Origin: Dehalococcoidia bacterium
GTDB taxonomy: Bacteria; Chloroflexota; Dehalococcoidia; Lucifugimonadales; UBA3495
DNA length: 64,000 nucleotides
Assembly (NCBI GenBank): GCA_965216065.1
Contig: CBDCFB010000001.1
Location: 1,554,548-1,618,547 of the forward strand
Direction of reading: 5' to 3'
A model generated the notes under the pieces. It had not been told where the DNA came from. It saw nothing but the letters and a program-made list of their open reading frames with translations, and made no database searches. The translations under genes and the position numbers were made by a program. Shown piece by piece: positions 1 to 8,916 of the stretch. Positions within the stretch are counted from its first letter, which is position 1. Each line of letters opens with the position of its first letter.

Positions 1-703
1 GGTCACTGTCTCCGCCCCGCACCAGCAGCACCGGCCCGGGGATAAGTCGGGCCAGGTTCCAGGACACCTCCGGGTCGGGACGGCGGCGATCGCTGCGGAC
101 CGCCGGGTCCATCTTCCAAGTGAAGCCGCCTCCGGGGAGGGCCTTGACCGCATGACTGGCAGCGCTCAGCTGCTGGGCGTCGCTCATCGCGCTGAAGCCG
201 ACCCGATTCTCTCGGTGCCAGGCCATTACCTCTTCGATAGTCGCAAAGATGGTGACCGCGTCCCGGGAACTGGAGGCGATGCGGCTGCCTCCTCTCGAGT
301 CGACTTCCGGGCCGATATCGTTCAGGACGGTGCGCTCCACCCGCTCGGGGTATGTGCCGGCGTAGGTCAGGGAAATGCGGCCTCCCATGGAGGTGCCCAC
401 CAGCGAGAAGCGCTCGAATCCGAGGGCCTGCCGCAGCCCTTCCAGGTCGGCAACGTAGGCGTCGTTGGAGTAGTCGCGGTCGGCGGCCCAATCGCTGTCG
501 CCGCGGCCTCGGACGTCAATGGATATGACGTGGTAGCGGGGCAGAAAGTGGGGTGCCAGGTTGTCGAAGGCGTGGGCGTTGCCGGTAAGACCATGCACCA
601 TGACGACCGGCGGCGCCCCGGCTTCGCCCCATTCCTGGTAATGCAGGTCAAGGTTCCCAATTCTTACAATACGGTCCACTGCTTTGGCGGTACCTGTGGT
701 CAT
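1..703 (-). CDS. Alpha/beta fold hydrolase (partial, runs off window start)
   Basis: Not in ORF track (open-ended). ATG at 703 with GGAGG RBS; translates MTTGTAKAVDRIVRIGNLDLHYQEWG..VMVHGLTG..DVRGRGDS..LVGTSMGG (HG oxyanion and GxSxG motifs). Confidence 0.85.
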   Translation of the reverse strand, partial: MTTGTAKAVDRIVRIGNLDLHYQEWGEAGAPPVVMVHGLTGNAHAFDNLAPHFLPRYHVISIDVRGRGDSDWAADRDYSNDAYVADLEGLRQALGFERFSLVGTSMGGRISLTYAGTYPERVERTVLNDIGPEVDSRGGSRIASSSRDAVTIFATIEEVMAWHRENRVGFSAMSDAQQLSAASHAVKALPGGGFTWKMDPAVRSDRRRPDPEVSWNLARLIPGPVLLVRGGDSD

Positions 704-884
704 ATAGCCTCCTGGTCCACTTTCCGGCCCTGGCTGAATCGAGGGGGACTGCAGCGTTCACATGATAAGGCAGACTTCCTCGCAGTCCAACTCCATCGGA
801 AAGAATCGCTTACTCAAAGTCTGGTTCACGGCTCACGACACGGTGTCCTGGCGGCGCAGGATGTAGACTGCTACCTGGGCCTGT

Positions 885-1340
885 TCAGTTCTCTTGGGGC
901 TGGAAGCCTATGTCTCCGTACCATTCGCGGGGGTCTTTCTCGATGAACTCCCGCAGGAGTGCCTTCGCCTCCTCCATGTCCAGGTCCATGACCTCTACTT
1001 GGTGCCGTGTCATCAGCTCGAGTCCGTTTTCCCTGAAGTTGTACGATTCCCCAACGACCACCTTTGAAATGCCGAACTGAACGATGGCACCGGCGCACAT
1101 GTGGCACGGCATGAGTGTGGAGTACATGGTCATGCCACGGAAGCTGTCCACCTTCCCTCCGGCGTTCAGGAGGCAGTTGATCTCGGCGTGCATGACAACT
1201 GCCCGGTCCTGGACCCTCCGGTTCCTGCCGGTTGCTACCAGAAGATCCCTGCCGTCAACCAGCGCGGCGCCGATGGGAATGCCGCCTTCTTCCCTGCCCT
1301 TCCTGGCCTCTTCCATGGCTGCGTTCATAAACTGGTCCAT
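885..1340 (-). CDS. Nucleoside/cytosine deaminase (zinc-dependent)
   Basis: HAE and PCxxC (PCHMC) zinc motifs; GGIPIGA N-terminus typical of small cytosine deaminases. Confidence 0.9.
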   Translation of the reverse strand: MDQFMNAAMEEARKGREEGGIPIGAALVDGRDLLVATGRNRRVQDRAVVMHAEINCLLNAGGKVDSFRGMTMYSTLMPCHMCAGAIVQFGISKVVVGESYNFRENGLELMTRHQVEVMDLDMEEAKALLREFIEKDPREWYGDIGFQPQEN

Positions 1341-1601
1341 GCCGGTCCCCTTACATCTGGTACAGGTTCACCGCCAAGTTGCAGGCGAACGGCTCGAAGT
1401 CGATGATGCGGCCGTGACTGACCTGGAACGGCATCCGCTTCATGTTCATTGTACGTGGAATGGTTTTGGGTGTAATCGGATCCAACACCATTCTGGAGAT
1501 GGCTCTGAGGCAAGGGATTGGCAGGAGGAATCGAACGCGTCAGACTGGACATGGCCGGAAATGATAATTGCAGCCAGGGTGGAACGGGAATAATCGACAC
1601 T

Positions 1602-2804
1602 ATGACCACGCAAACGGCACAAGCAAAGGGTAAGGAGATGAACAAGGCGTTGTTCTACTTCGCGCTTTGTCTAGCTGTTTTTGGCACCATGACCGGGGTA
1701 ATGATGGTCCCGGCGCTCCTTGTGGAGATTGCAAGGGACCTCGATGTTTGGGTTGCGGTGGCAGGGCAGTTGGCCAAGGCAACCTTCGCAGCTTGGGCGG
1801 TCTCCATTGTCGCCGTGGGGCCGCTGGCCGACTCCATCGGGCGCCGGCCACTGGCTCTTGCCGGTGTGTTCCTGGTGGTGGTTTCCCTTCTTGCGTCTGC
1901 TTTCGCACCCAATATAGAAGTGATGATGGCGCTGCGTGTGCTGGCAGGCCTGGGTGGGGGAGCAATTGCGCCCACATCGATCGGGGTGATTTCTGACGTC
2001 ATCTCACATGCCAAACGGGCCCAGGCCATCGGCGGCATTGCCAGCACCATTGTCCTGACCTCGGCAATCAGCATCCCGCTGATGGCCCTGTTCGCGGACT
2101 GGTGGGGCTGGCGTTTCTCCTTTGTCATCGCAGGACTGTTTCTGGCGGCGGCGTGGCTTTTCAACTGGGCTTGGTACCCCAGGGACAGAAAGGAAAATCT
2201 TCGCGGCTTTGTGTTCTTCGCCAGGTATTGGTCCCTGCTTTCCCTGAATTATTTCCGTGTGGCCCTTGTGGTGAATGTCACTCAACGCATGGCTTACTGG
2301 AGTATGCTCAGCTTCTTCGCCGCATATCTGATACAGGCCTACGACGTGAGTGTAGGATTCGTGGCGCTTCCGCTGGTGATTTCCGCATTAGGCCAAGTGG
2401 CGGGGAGCTACACCGCGGGGATCCTGGCAACTAAGAGTTACCGGGTCGCGCTGGTGGCGGCGTCCTCAGCGGTAGGGGGTGTCTGCGGATTCGCGTTATT
2501 TGTTTTCGATTTTGGGCTCTGGCCCGCAGTCGCGATGGCCACGGTGGGTTCGGGCCTGCTGAGCATCACGACTCCTGTGCTGTTGGCCGGCAGCACGGAG
2601 TACTCGGGCGAATCCAAGGCCACCGGCGCCAGCCTGATAGGTTTCAGCAACCAGTCCGGCGGGGTCTTCGGGGCCGGCCTCTCCGGCGTGCTGCTGGCAA
2701 CCGTGGGCTACGACGGGATTGGCTACCTCTGTCTCGCGTTCACCGTCGCCAGTGCAGTGGTGGCCACCGCGTTCGCCCGGCTGCTGCGCGTGGGCACTGG
2801 CTAA
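1602..2804 (+). CDS. MFS transporter (paralog 1)
   Basis: Multiple hydrophobic helices; motif A GPLADSIGRRP; WGWRFSF. Start placed at ATG 1602. Confidence 0.9.
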   Translation: MTTQTAQAKGKEMNKALFYFALCLAVFGTMTGVMMVPALLVEIARDLDVWVAVAGQLAKATFAAWAVSIVAVGPLADSIGRRPLALAGVFLVVVSLLASAFAPNIEVMMALRVLAGLGGGAIAPTSIGVISDVISHAKRAQAIGGIASTIVLTSAISIPLMALFADWWGWRFSFVIAGLFLAAAWLFNWAWYPRDRKENLRGFVFFARYWSLLSLNYFRVALVVNVTQRMAYWSMLSFFAAYLIQAYDVSVGFVALPLVISALGQVAGSYTAGILATKSYRVALVAASSAVGGVCGFALFVFDFGLWPAVAMATVGSGLLSITTPVLLAGSTEYSGESKATGASLIGFSNQSGGVFGAGLSGVLLATVGYDGIGYLCLAFTVASAVVATAFARLLRVGTG

Positions 2805-2860
2805 AGGCTTCGGGCCTGTAGATTTACGGATAGAACCTTGCCGGAACAGGTATCGATCAA

Positions 2861-4063
2861 GTGAGCACACAATCGGAGCAGTCAGAGGGCAAAGAGGTAA
2901 ACAAGGCCTGGTTCTACTTCGTGCTCTCCCTGGCCATTCTCAGCACTCAAACGGCCATCGTGATGGTTCCGGCGCTCCTCGTCGAGATTGCAACGGACCT
3001 CGATGTTTCAGTGGCGGTCTCGGGGCAATTGAACACGGCGTCATTCGCGGCATTGGCGATTTCCATAGTCGCCGTGGGGCCGCTGGCCGATTCCTTCGGC
3101 CGTCGTCCGGTGGCCCTCGCCGGAGTGCTGATGGTCCTGGTCTCAGTGCTGGGGTCGGCTTTCGCGCCGAATATGGAAGTATTCCTCGCCCTCCGAGTGC
3201 TGGGTGGCCTGGGAGGAGGGACCATACCGCCGACGTCGGTGGGGGTGGTGTCCGACATCATCTCCCCGGCCAGGAGAGCCCAGGCCGTCGGCGGCATTAT
3301 GGGAACAGTCGTGTTGACCTCTGCCATCACCGTCCCGCTGGTGGCCCTCTTCGCGGACCTGTGGGGCTGGCGGTTCACCTTCGTGCTGGCGAGTTTGCTG
3401 CTGGCGGCGGCGTTTATTTTGAGCTGGATCTGGTATCCCAGGGACAGCAGGGAGCGGGTTCGCGACCTGGTGTTCTTTGCCAGGTATTGGTCCCTGCTTT
3501 CCATGAGTTTTTTCCGGGTCGCCGTGGCGGTCATTGTGAATCAGCGCCTGGCCTACTGGGGCCTGATCAGCTTCTTCGCCGCCTATTTGATACAGGCCTA
3601 CGATTTGAGCGTGGGGTTCGTGGCCCTGCCCCTGTTGATTGCTGCAGCAGCACAGGTGATAGGAAGCTACGCCGCCGGATTCGTGGCCGCCAAGAGTTAT
3701 CGCGTCTGGCTCATGGGCATTACCACAGCCATCGGGGGAGTCTGCGTGTTCCTCTTCTTCGCGGTCGATTTCGGGCTCTGGACTGCGGTGGCCCTGGCTA
3801 CGTTGGGATCAGGCTTGTTGAGCGTCCTGGCCCCAGTGATGGTCGCCGCCACCACGGAGTATTCGGGAGATTCCAAGGCTACGGGAGCCAGCACTATAGG
3901 TGTCGGCAACTTCGTGGGCGGGATGCTGGGGGCCGGACTCTCCGGCGCCCTTCTGGCTGGCGTGGGCTACGAGGGAATTGGCTACCTGTGTCTTGCCCTC
4001 ACCACGGGCGCCGCGCTGCTAATAGCCGTGTTCGGCAGGCAGTTGCGGGTGAACGCCGGCTGA
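2861..4063 (+). CDS. MFS transporter (paralog 2, tandem duplicate)
   Basis: GPLADSFGRRP; colinear with and highly similar to 1602..2804. Confidence 0.9.
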   Translation: MSTQSEQSEGKEVNKAWFYFVLSLAILSTQTAIVMVPALLVEIATDLDVSVAVSGQLNTASFAALAISIVAVGPLADSFGRRPVALAGVLMVLVSVLGSAFAPNMEVFLALRVLGGLGGGTIPPTSVGVVSDIISPARRAQAVGGIMGTVVLTSAITVPLVALFADLWGWRFTFVLASLLLAAAFILSWIWYPRDSRERVRDLVFFARYWSLLSMSFFRVAVAVIVNQRLAYWGLISFFAAYLIQAYDLSVGFVALPLLIAAAAQVIGSYAAGFVAAKSYRVWLMGITTAIGGVCVFLFFAVDFGLWTAVALATLGSGLLSVLAPVMVAATTEYSGDSKATGASTIGVGNFVGGMLGAGLSGALLAGVGYEGIGYLCLALTTGAALLIAVFGRQLRVNAG

Positions 4064-4206
4064 ACCGCCCGCTTTCTCCCGGAGGCGTCTCCGAACGTTT
4101 CATTCAGAGGGCGCTGATGCCGCCAAACACCTCGAAAACAACAAGAGTCAAGTGCAGCAACACCACCCTCTCCCAATCTGCGGCATCTGCGCCTGTCGTA
4201 CTTCGG

Positions 4207-4390
4207 GTACTCTGAACAAGGCAGTTTTGTTTTCAGTTTTGCTTGACGGGGCGGCGAAGAGGGCGGGAGTCGTCCGGGCGTTGATGTCCTGCAACAGGCC
4301 CCGCCCCACGCTCTGCTGCTCCAGGAGATGCCGAGAGTTCAGGATGGTGGTCTCGTCGAGCAGGGGGCCTGAGAGCTTCAGCCCCACGCG
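4207..4390 (-). pseudogene. IS5-family transposase remnant
   Basis: Minus frame GLKLSGPLLDETTILNSRHLLEQ resembles the IS5 motif GLKLS.PLPDETTILNFRHLLE; adjacent GGTACTCTGAACAAG resembles an IS5-type end. Confidence 0.55.
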
Positions 4391-4399
4391 ATCGCGCCG

Positions 4400-5185
4400 T
4401 CACGCGCTGGCGAAAATCTCGTTGGCAACGTCCATCGCGCCCCGGGCAAAAGGTATGCCAGCGTAGAGCGTCATGTGGCCGAACACTTCGATGATCTGGT
4501 CCTGCGTGAATCCAATATTCAACGCGCCCCGGATGTGGCTCCGCAGGGGCCCCTCGCGGCCCAACGCCGCAAGGCAAGCCATGGTGCAGAGGCAGCGGCT
4601 TGGGAGATCAAGCCCCGGCCGCGTCCAGGTTGCTCCCCAGTAATATTCTCCGGTAGTACGCCCCAACTCCCTCTCAGCCTGGGTGGGCGGAGCCGGCCGC
4701 GCCGCAGAGGTTGTTCCCATGTAGTTCCGCCGGAACTCGTCGCCGCGCTGGAACAGGCTGTCTGGGTCCTCATTGGCATCGTGGATGCGGGCCGGGGTGA
4801 AGTCTATCCCGCGCTCCTCAAAAACCGCTTTGCACAGTGTCAGTGCCTGGATACCCGCTGGCGCTCCGCTGTACCATGTGTCGTGGATGATCAACTCCAC
4901 GATCTGCTCGGGAGTTAATCCCACATTAAGCGCGTTGCTCAAGTGCCGCTTCAGCTGTACCTCGCGGTTCATGACTATGAGACAGGACAGCGTGACCATT
5001 TCTCGCTGCACAGGGGTCAGCGCGGGCCGCTTCCAGATGGTGCCGAATAGCGCCTCACCAAGGATCCTCTCCAGGTCCGGGGCGATGTCCCACGCTCCAG
5101 GGGCTGCCCCCGGCGTGATTTGGCCGCCGCCAAACATCCTCCGCGTTTCTTGCCCTCGTTCGTAGCGATCGTCGAGTTCGCTCAT
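4400..5185 (-). CDS. Carboxymuconolactone decarboxylase family protein, two tandem CMD domains
   Basis: Two repeats of W.RP.L...R...T...L...R...L..H...ALN.G.T..QI.E......Y.G.P; ATG 5185 with AAGGAG RBS. Confidence 0.85.
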   Translation of the reverse strand: MSELDDRYERGQETRRMFGGGQITPGAAPGAWDIAPDLERILGEALFGTIWKRPALTPVQREMVTLSCLIVMNREVQLKRHLSNALNVGLTPEQIVELIIHDTWYSGAPAGIQALTLCKAVFEERGIDFTPARIHDANEDPDSLFQRGDEFRRNYMGTTSAARPAPPTQAERELGRTTGEYYWGATWTRPGLDLPSRCLCTMACLAALGREGPLRSHIRGALNIGFTQDQIIEVFGHMTLYAGIPFARGAMDVANEIFASA

Positions 5186-5544
5186 GCCCGTCTCCTTATA
5201 ATTTGTTCCTGGATTCAAATCTCCGACAGTGTAAGGCGACATCCCAACGGGCACAACGGTTCCTTCCGGCGCCAGCGTGGTTCCCGCAATATTCTCAATT
5301 TCCTGCGGTCGCCCCCTATCGCCAACTCAATGGAGACTCCTTCCCTCCGGGGACAAGGCACGGACGGGTGAGTGAAGAAACCTGGACGAGAATGCTTTCC
5401 ATGCTGAAGCTAACGACGCCTTGATAGGACTGCCAACAGCACTGCTCTTGGCTGACTCAATGCGGATCGTGAGTCCACTATTGAGTCTTGTCCTCCCACG
5501 GCTTGTGGTTGATCGGGCCGGGTAAAGGCTTCCTGCACCCCGGT

Positions 5545-5573
5545 TTGACGACGGCGAGTCGTAGACCTATGCT
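5545..5573 (+). promoter_or_regulatory. Sigma70-type promoter upstream of UGSC gene
   Basis: TTGACG-17 nt-TATGCT, ~105 nt upstream of ATG 5680. Confidence 0.55.
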
Positions 5574-5679
5574 CAGGTCCACCAAGACTTCCCGGGTTGA
5601 CGGTACCGCCGTGGCGGCGCCAACCCGGTACATAAAGCGCCATACAGGTACATAACCTGGTTCTCAGAGGAATTGCGGC

Positions 5680-7410
5680 ATGAAATTGCAGATAATGTCT
5701 CCTGCGGCCGACCGGGTGGACTTCAAGGTACCTCCCGCCCCCAGGCTTACCACCCTGGAAGGCAAGACAATCGGTCTGTACAACAACATGACCGGCGGGG
5801 CCGACGTTGCCGTCGACCGGTTCGCAGAGCAGCTGCAGCGCCGGTATCCCAGCGTCAGGTTCCAGCGTTACGGCGGAGACCTTCGCGAAGGCCGCCCTGC
5901 ACTCAGCCGGGGCGTCCACATCGACGACGAGGAAGCCGCGCGCATTGCCACCGAGGTCGACGCCATGGTGGGAGCGACAGCGCATTGAGGGGGCTGCACG
6001 TCGTGGCTTAGCCACGACATGGTCGCCATGGAAAAGGCCGGCATACCCGCCGTGGCCATTGCGGCCCAGAGCTTTGCCCGGTCCTGGCAGGCCTGCGTGG
6101 ACGGGTGGGGACAGCCCACCACCGCTTTTGTCGTCATTCCCCACGCCACCACCGGGCAGCAACCCGACTTCATCCGCAACATGGTGGACGGGCAGATTGA
6201 CGCCATAATCCAGGGCCTCACCACCTTCCCGGCATCCCGCGGGCCGGTCACCTCCAGGAAGACCAGGAAGACCGGCGGCGCCACCGAGATCTTCACAGTG
6301 GAGATGGACTCATCTCCGGATGGGCTGGACGCGGTGAACCGGTTCTTGGCCGATCGGGACTGGAGCGACGGCATTCCGGTCATTCCACCCACTCCCGAGC
6401 TGGTGGAGAGGATGCTGGTCGGCACCAACAGGAGCCCGCAGGACGTGCTGATGGTGATGGAGCCGGGCTTTGGAGTCGCCACGGTTGAGAAGGTCGCGAT
6501 CAACGCCGTGATGGCCGGCTGCCGACCCGAGCAGTTCCCGGTCCTGCTGGCCGCCATTGACTGCCTGGCCCAGCCGGAGCTGAATCACCGGGATATGCAG
6601 GTGTCGGGCCACACCGAGGCCCCGCTGATCCTGGTCAACGGCCCCATCGCCCAGCGTGCAGGAATCAACTGCGGGACGTCGGCCATGGGTCCCGGCGTGG
6701 TCAACAGCGCCAACACCTCCATCGGACGGGCGCTGCGACTGTGCCTCATCAACATCGGCTACTGCAAGGCCGGGACCGGCGACCCCAACTTCATCGGCCT
6801 GCCCACCAAGTTCGGCATGTGCATTGCCGAGAACGAAGAGCTCAGCCCGTGGCAGCCCTACCACGTCGACCAGGGTTTCCAGCCCCACGAAAGCGCCGTA
6901 ACGCTGGTGACGGTTACCGGCCCCGGCGACATCCTGGACTCGGGTTCAAGGAACCACAAAGACACGCTGAACAACATCGCGTCGATGATGTCCTACCCCG
7001 GCGCCGGCAGCGGCGGGTGGATAAGGGGCTGGGATTCGGCGCAGGTGGGGCATACCAGCCAGCGGGTGTCCTATCCCGGGCCTTACCATCCCGTCGTGCT
7101 CAGTCCATCCCGCGCAGTCATTCTGGCCGAAGCCGGGTACAGCAAGCGCGACGCCCAGGAATGGCTGCACGAACACTGCCGGATGCCGTTGCAGAAGGCC
7201 ATCCGAAACCGCGACGTACCTAGGGACGAGAACGGCAAATGGCTGCATCATCCCGAACAGCAAACACTGGAGAACGACCCGGAAGCCACCATTCCGATGC
7301 TGGAAAGCCCGGAGCAGTACCTGCTGTTCGTGACCGGCGGCACCACCCACTACGCCCACTTCTTCTACGGCACCTACGGCATCGCCACCCGCCCGGTGGA
7401 AGAGATTTAG
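5680..7410 (+). CDS. UGSC-family selenoprotein (Sec at TGA 5986-5988), fused to C-terminal DG(L/I)PVIPPT domain
   Basis: ORFs 5680..5988 and 6019..7410 are in the same frame; the junction reads VGATAH-TGA-GGCTSWLSHDMVAMEKAGIP (UxxC); hairpin follows the UGA. Confidence 0.85.
5997..6021 (+). promoter_or_regulatory. Candidate bacterial SECIS element
   Basis: Perfect stem GTCGTGGC-TTA-GCCACGAC (6000-6018) starting 11 nt after the in-frame TGA; extendable by CA/TG. Confidence 0.6.
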
Positions 7411-7527
7411 CCACTGGTGGGGGTCTGTTGATTCTCCCTCCCCCCTTGAGGGGAAGGCCCTTCGGCAGGCTCAGGAGGGACGGGGCGAATTCCTGAGTTT
7501 CAACGACCTTTCAACCAACGAGGGACG

Positions 7528-7560
7528 CCCTCACCCTAACCCTCTCCCCAAGGGAGAGGG
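7528..7560. repeat. CCCTCACCCTAACCCTCTCCC-N-GGGAGAGGG REP-like palindrome
   Basis: Near-identical copy at 10510-10541 and degenerate copy near 13832-13861. Confidence 0.75.
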
Positions 7561-7658
7561 AACAACTGGAAGACCCCGCACCGGCGAGTGCGCATCGGGC
7601 AATGGCTGCGGATTTGCGTTAGAATCTCAGCTACGTTTACTGCGAGGCAGGAGGAATT

Positions 7659-7997
7659 ATGGCATCGATCAGGTTGTATTCCGGCGACGACGGGGAGTCA
7701 CACATCGAAGTTATAGACCCGTCCTCCCATCCGGCTTGGAACGAGTTGCACAACGCCAAGGGAATCGTTTTCAGGGCCCTGCCCCCGGGATTCTTCAGCG
7801 ATTGGCACATCGCTCCCCGCAGGCAGTATCTGATCACCCTCTCGGGGGAGGCGGAGATCGGCCTCGGCGACGGCACCGTCCACAGGCTTGGCCCCGGAGA
7901 CGTAAACCTGGCCGAGGATCTGACAGGCCGCGGGCACACCACGCGCGTTGTGGGTGATGTTCCCAGGATCGTCGCCACCATCCATCTGGACGACTAA
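7659..7997 (+). CDS. Cupin domain protein
   Basis: DWHIAPRRQY...LSGE.EIG..DG...GPGD..LAEDLTGRGH cupin signature; AGGAGG RBS. Confidence 0.85.
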   Translation: MASIRLYSGDDGESHIEVIDPSSHPAWNELHNAKGIVFRALPPGFFSDWHIAPRRQYLITLSGEAEIGLGDGTVHRLGPGDVNLAEDLTGRGHTTRVVGDVPRIVATIHLDD

Positions 7998-8181
7998 ACA
8001 AATACCAAGGTGGGATGTGCCTTTCAGGGTCTTGAAGACGAGCGAAAAGACTCCACTGCTCCTCATCTGTCCTTTGGGCACCAAATGGGTCGCCACGACA
8101 GGGTGGTCTGCATAAGACCGCCCTTGGCCGCCAGGGCGGATTGTGCCTTGTCCGGCAACCATCAAGCTTAATTTTTGGCCT

Positions 8182-8296
8182 CTGGATTCCCGTCCCTGAT
8201 CAAGTCCGGGATGATGTTCTTTCGCGGGAATGAAAGGGATTCTTCCGGCCCTGCCGGCCCGATTCTTGTGTCGAAAATCAAGACGCGATTGCCCTG
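8182..8296. repeat. Composite REP-like palindrome plus solo ISAs1-like end
   Basis: CTGGATTCCCG-TCCCTGATCAAGTCCGGGATGA-..TTTCGCGGGAATGA similar to 54152-54205; TCAAGACGCGATTGCCCTG at 8278-8296 matches the end of the 49041-49311 element. Confidence 0.65.
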
Positions 8297-8398
8297 GCCG
8301 ACAGGGAAACCGCGGATGACAAGAGGACACCGGAAATCTATAATGCGAACAGATACAGTTAATTCGTAAAGCGCAACTCATCGATGAGGAGGCCAAAC

Positions 8399-8836
8399 AT
8401 GGCTACCCAGACCAAATTTGAGCAGGTGACCAAGCCGCTGGTCAACATCACCGAGATGGACCACATCGTATTGCGGTCTCGGGACGTGGAAGAGTCGCTG
8501 CGTTTCTACACCGAGGTTCTGGGGCTGAAGGCGGAACGCGTGGAGCAATGGCGGGCAGGCGAGGTGCGCTTCCCCTCGGCGCGACTGAACGCCGACACCA
8601 TCATCGACTTCTTCGCCTCCGAGAACATGCCGGAGGACAAGGACGGGCCCCGCAACCAGGACCACTACTGCATGGTCATCGACCACACGGACATGGAAGA
8701 GCTGAAGGCCCACTTCGAGGGCATCGGCGTGGAGATCCAAGCCGGGCCTGGCAAGCGCTGGGGCTCCCACGGCGACGGCATTTCCCTCTACATCTACGAT
8801 CCGGACGACAACGTGGTGGAACTGCGCCACTACTAG
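8399..8836 (+). CDS. VOC/glyoxalase family protein
   Basis: MDHIVL..RDVEESLRFY..VLGL; SLYIYDPDDNVVEL. Confidence 0.9.
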   Translation: MATQTKFEQVTKPLVNITEMDHIVLRSRDVEESLRFYTEVLGLKAERVEQWRAGEVRFPSARLNADTIIDFFASENMPEDKDGPRNQDHYCMVIDHTDMEELKAHFEGIGVEIQAGPGKRWGSHGDGISLYIYDPDDNVVELRHY

Positions 8837-8856
8837 GCCGCGGCGGCTGGAGAGAA

Positions 8857-8889
8857 CAGTAGGGGCGGGTTTCAAACCCGCCCCTACTG
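8857..8889. repeat. GTAG-type REP palindrome between convergent genes (possible terminator)
   Basis: GTAGGGGCGGGTTTCAAACCCGCCCCTAC perfect inverted repeat; related copy at 54859-54886. Confidence 0.75.
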
Positions 8890-8916
8890 CTTTCCGTGGG
8901 CAGAAGAGTCAGGCGG

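Noticed and set aside
1351-1449. Small minus-strand ORF (MNMKRMPFQVSHGR...) upstream of the deaminase
   Set aside because: No RBS or recognisable motif; cannot be supported.
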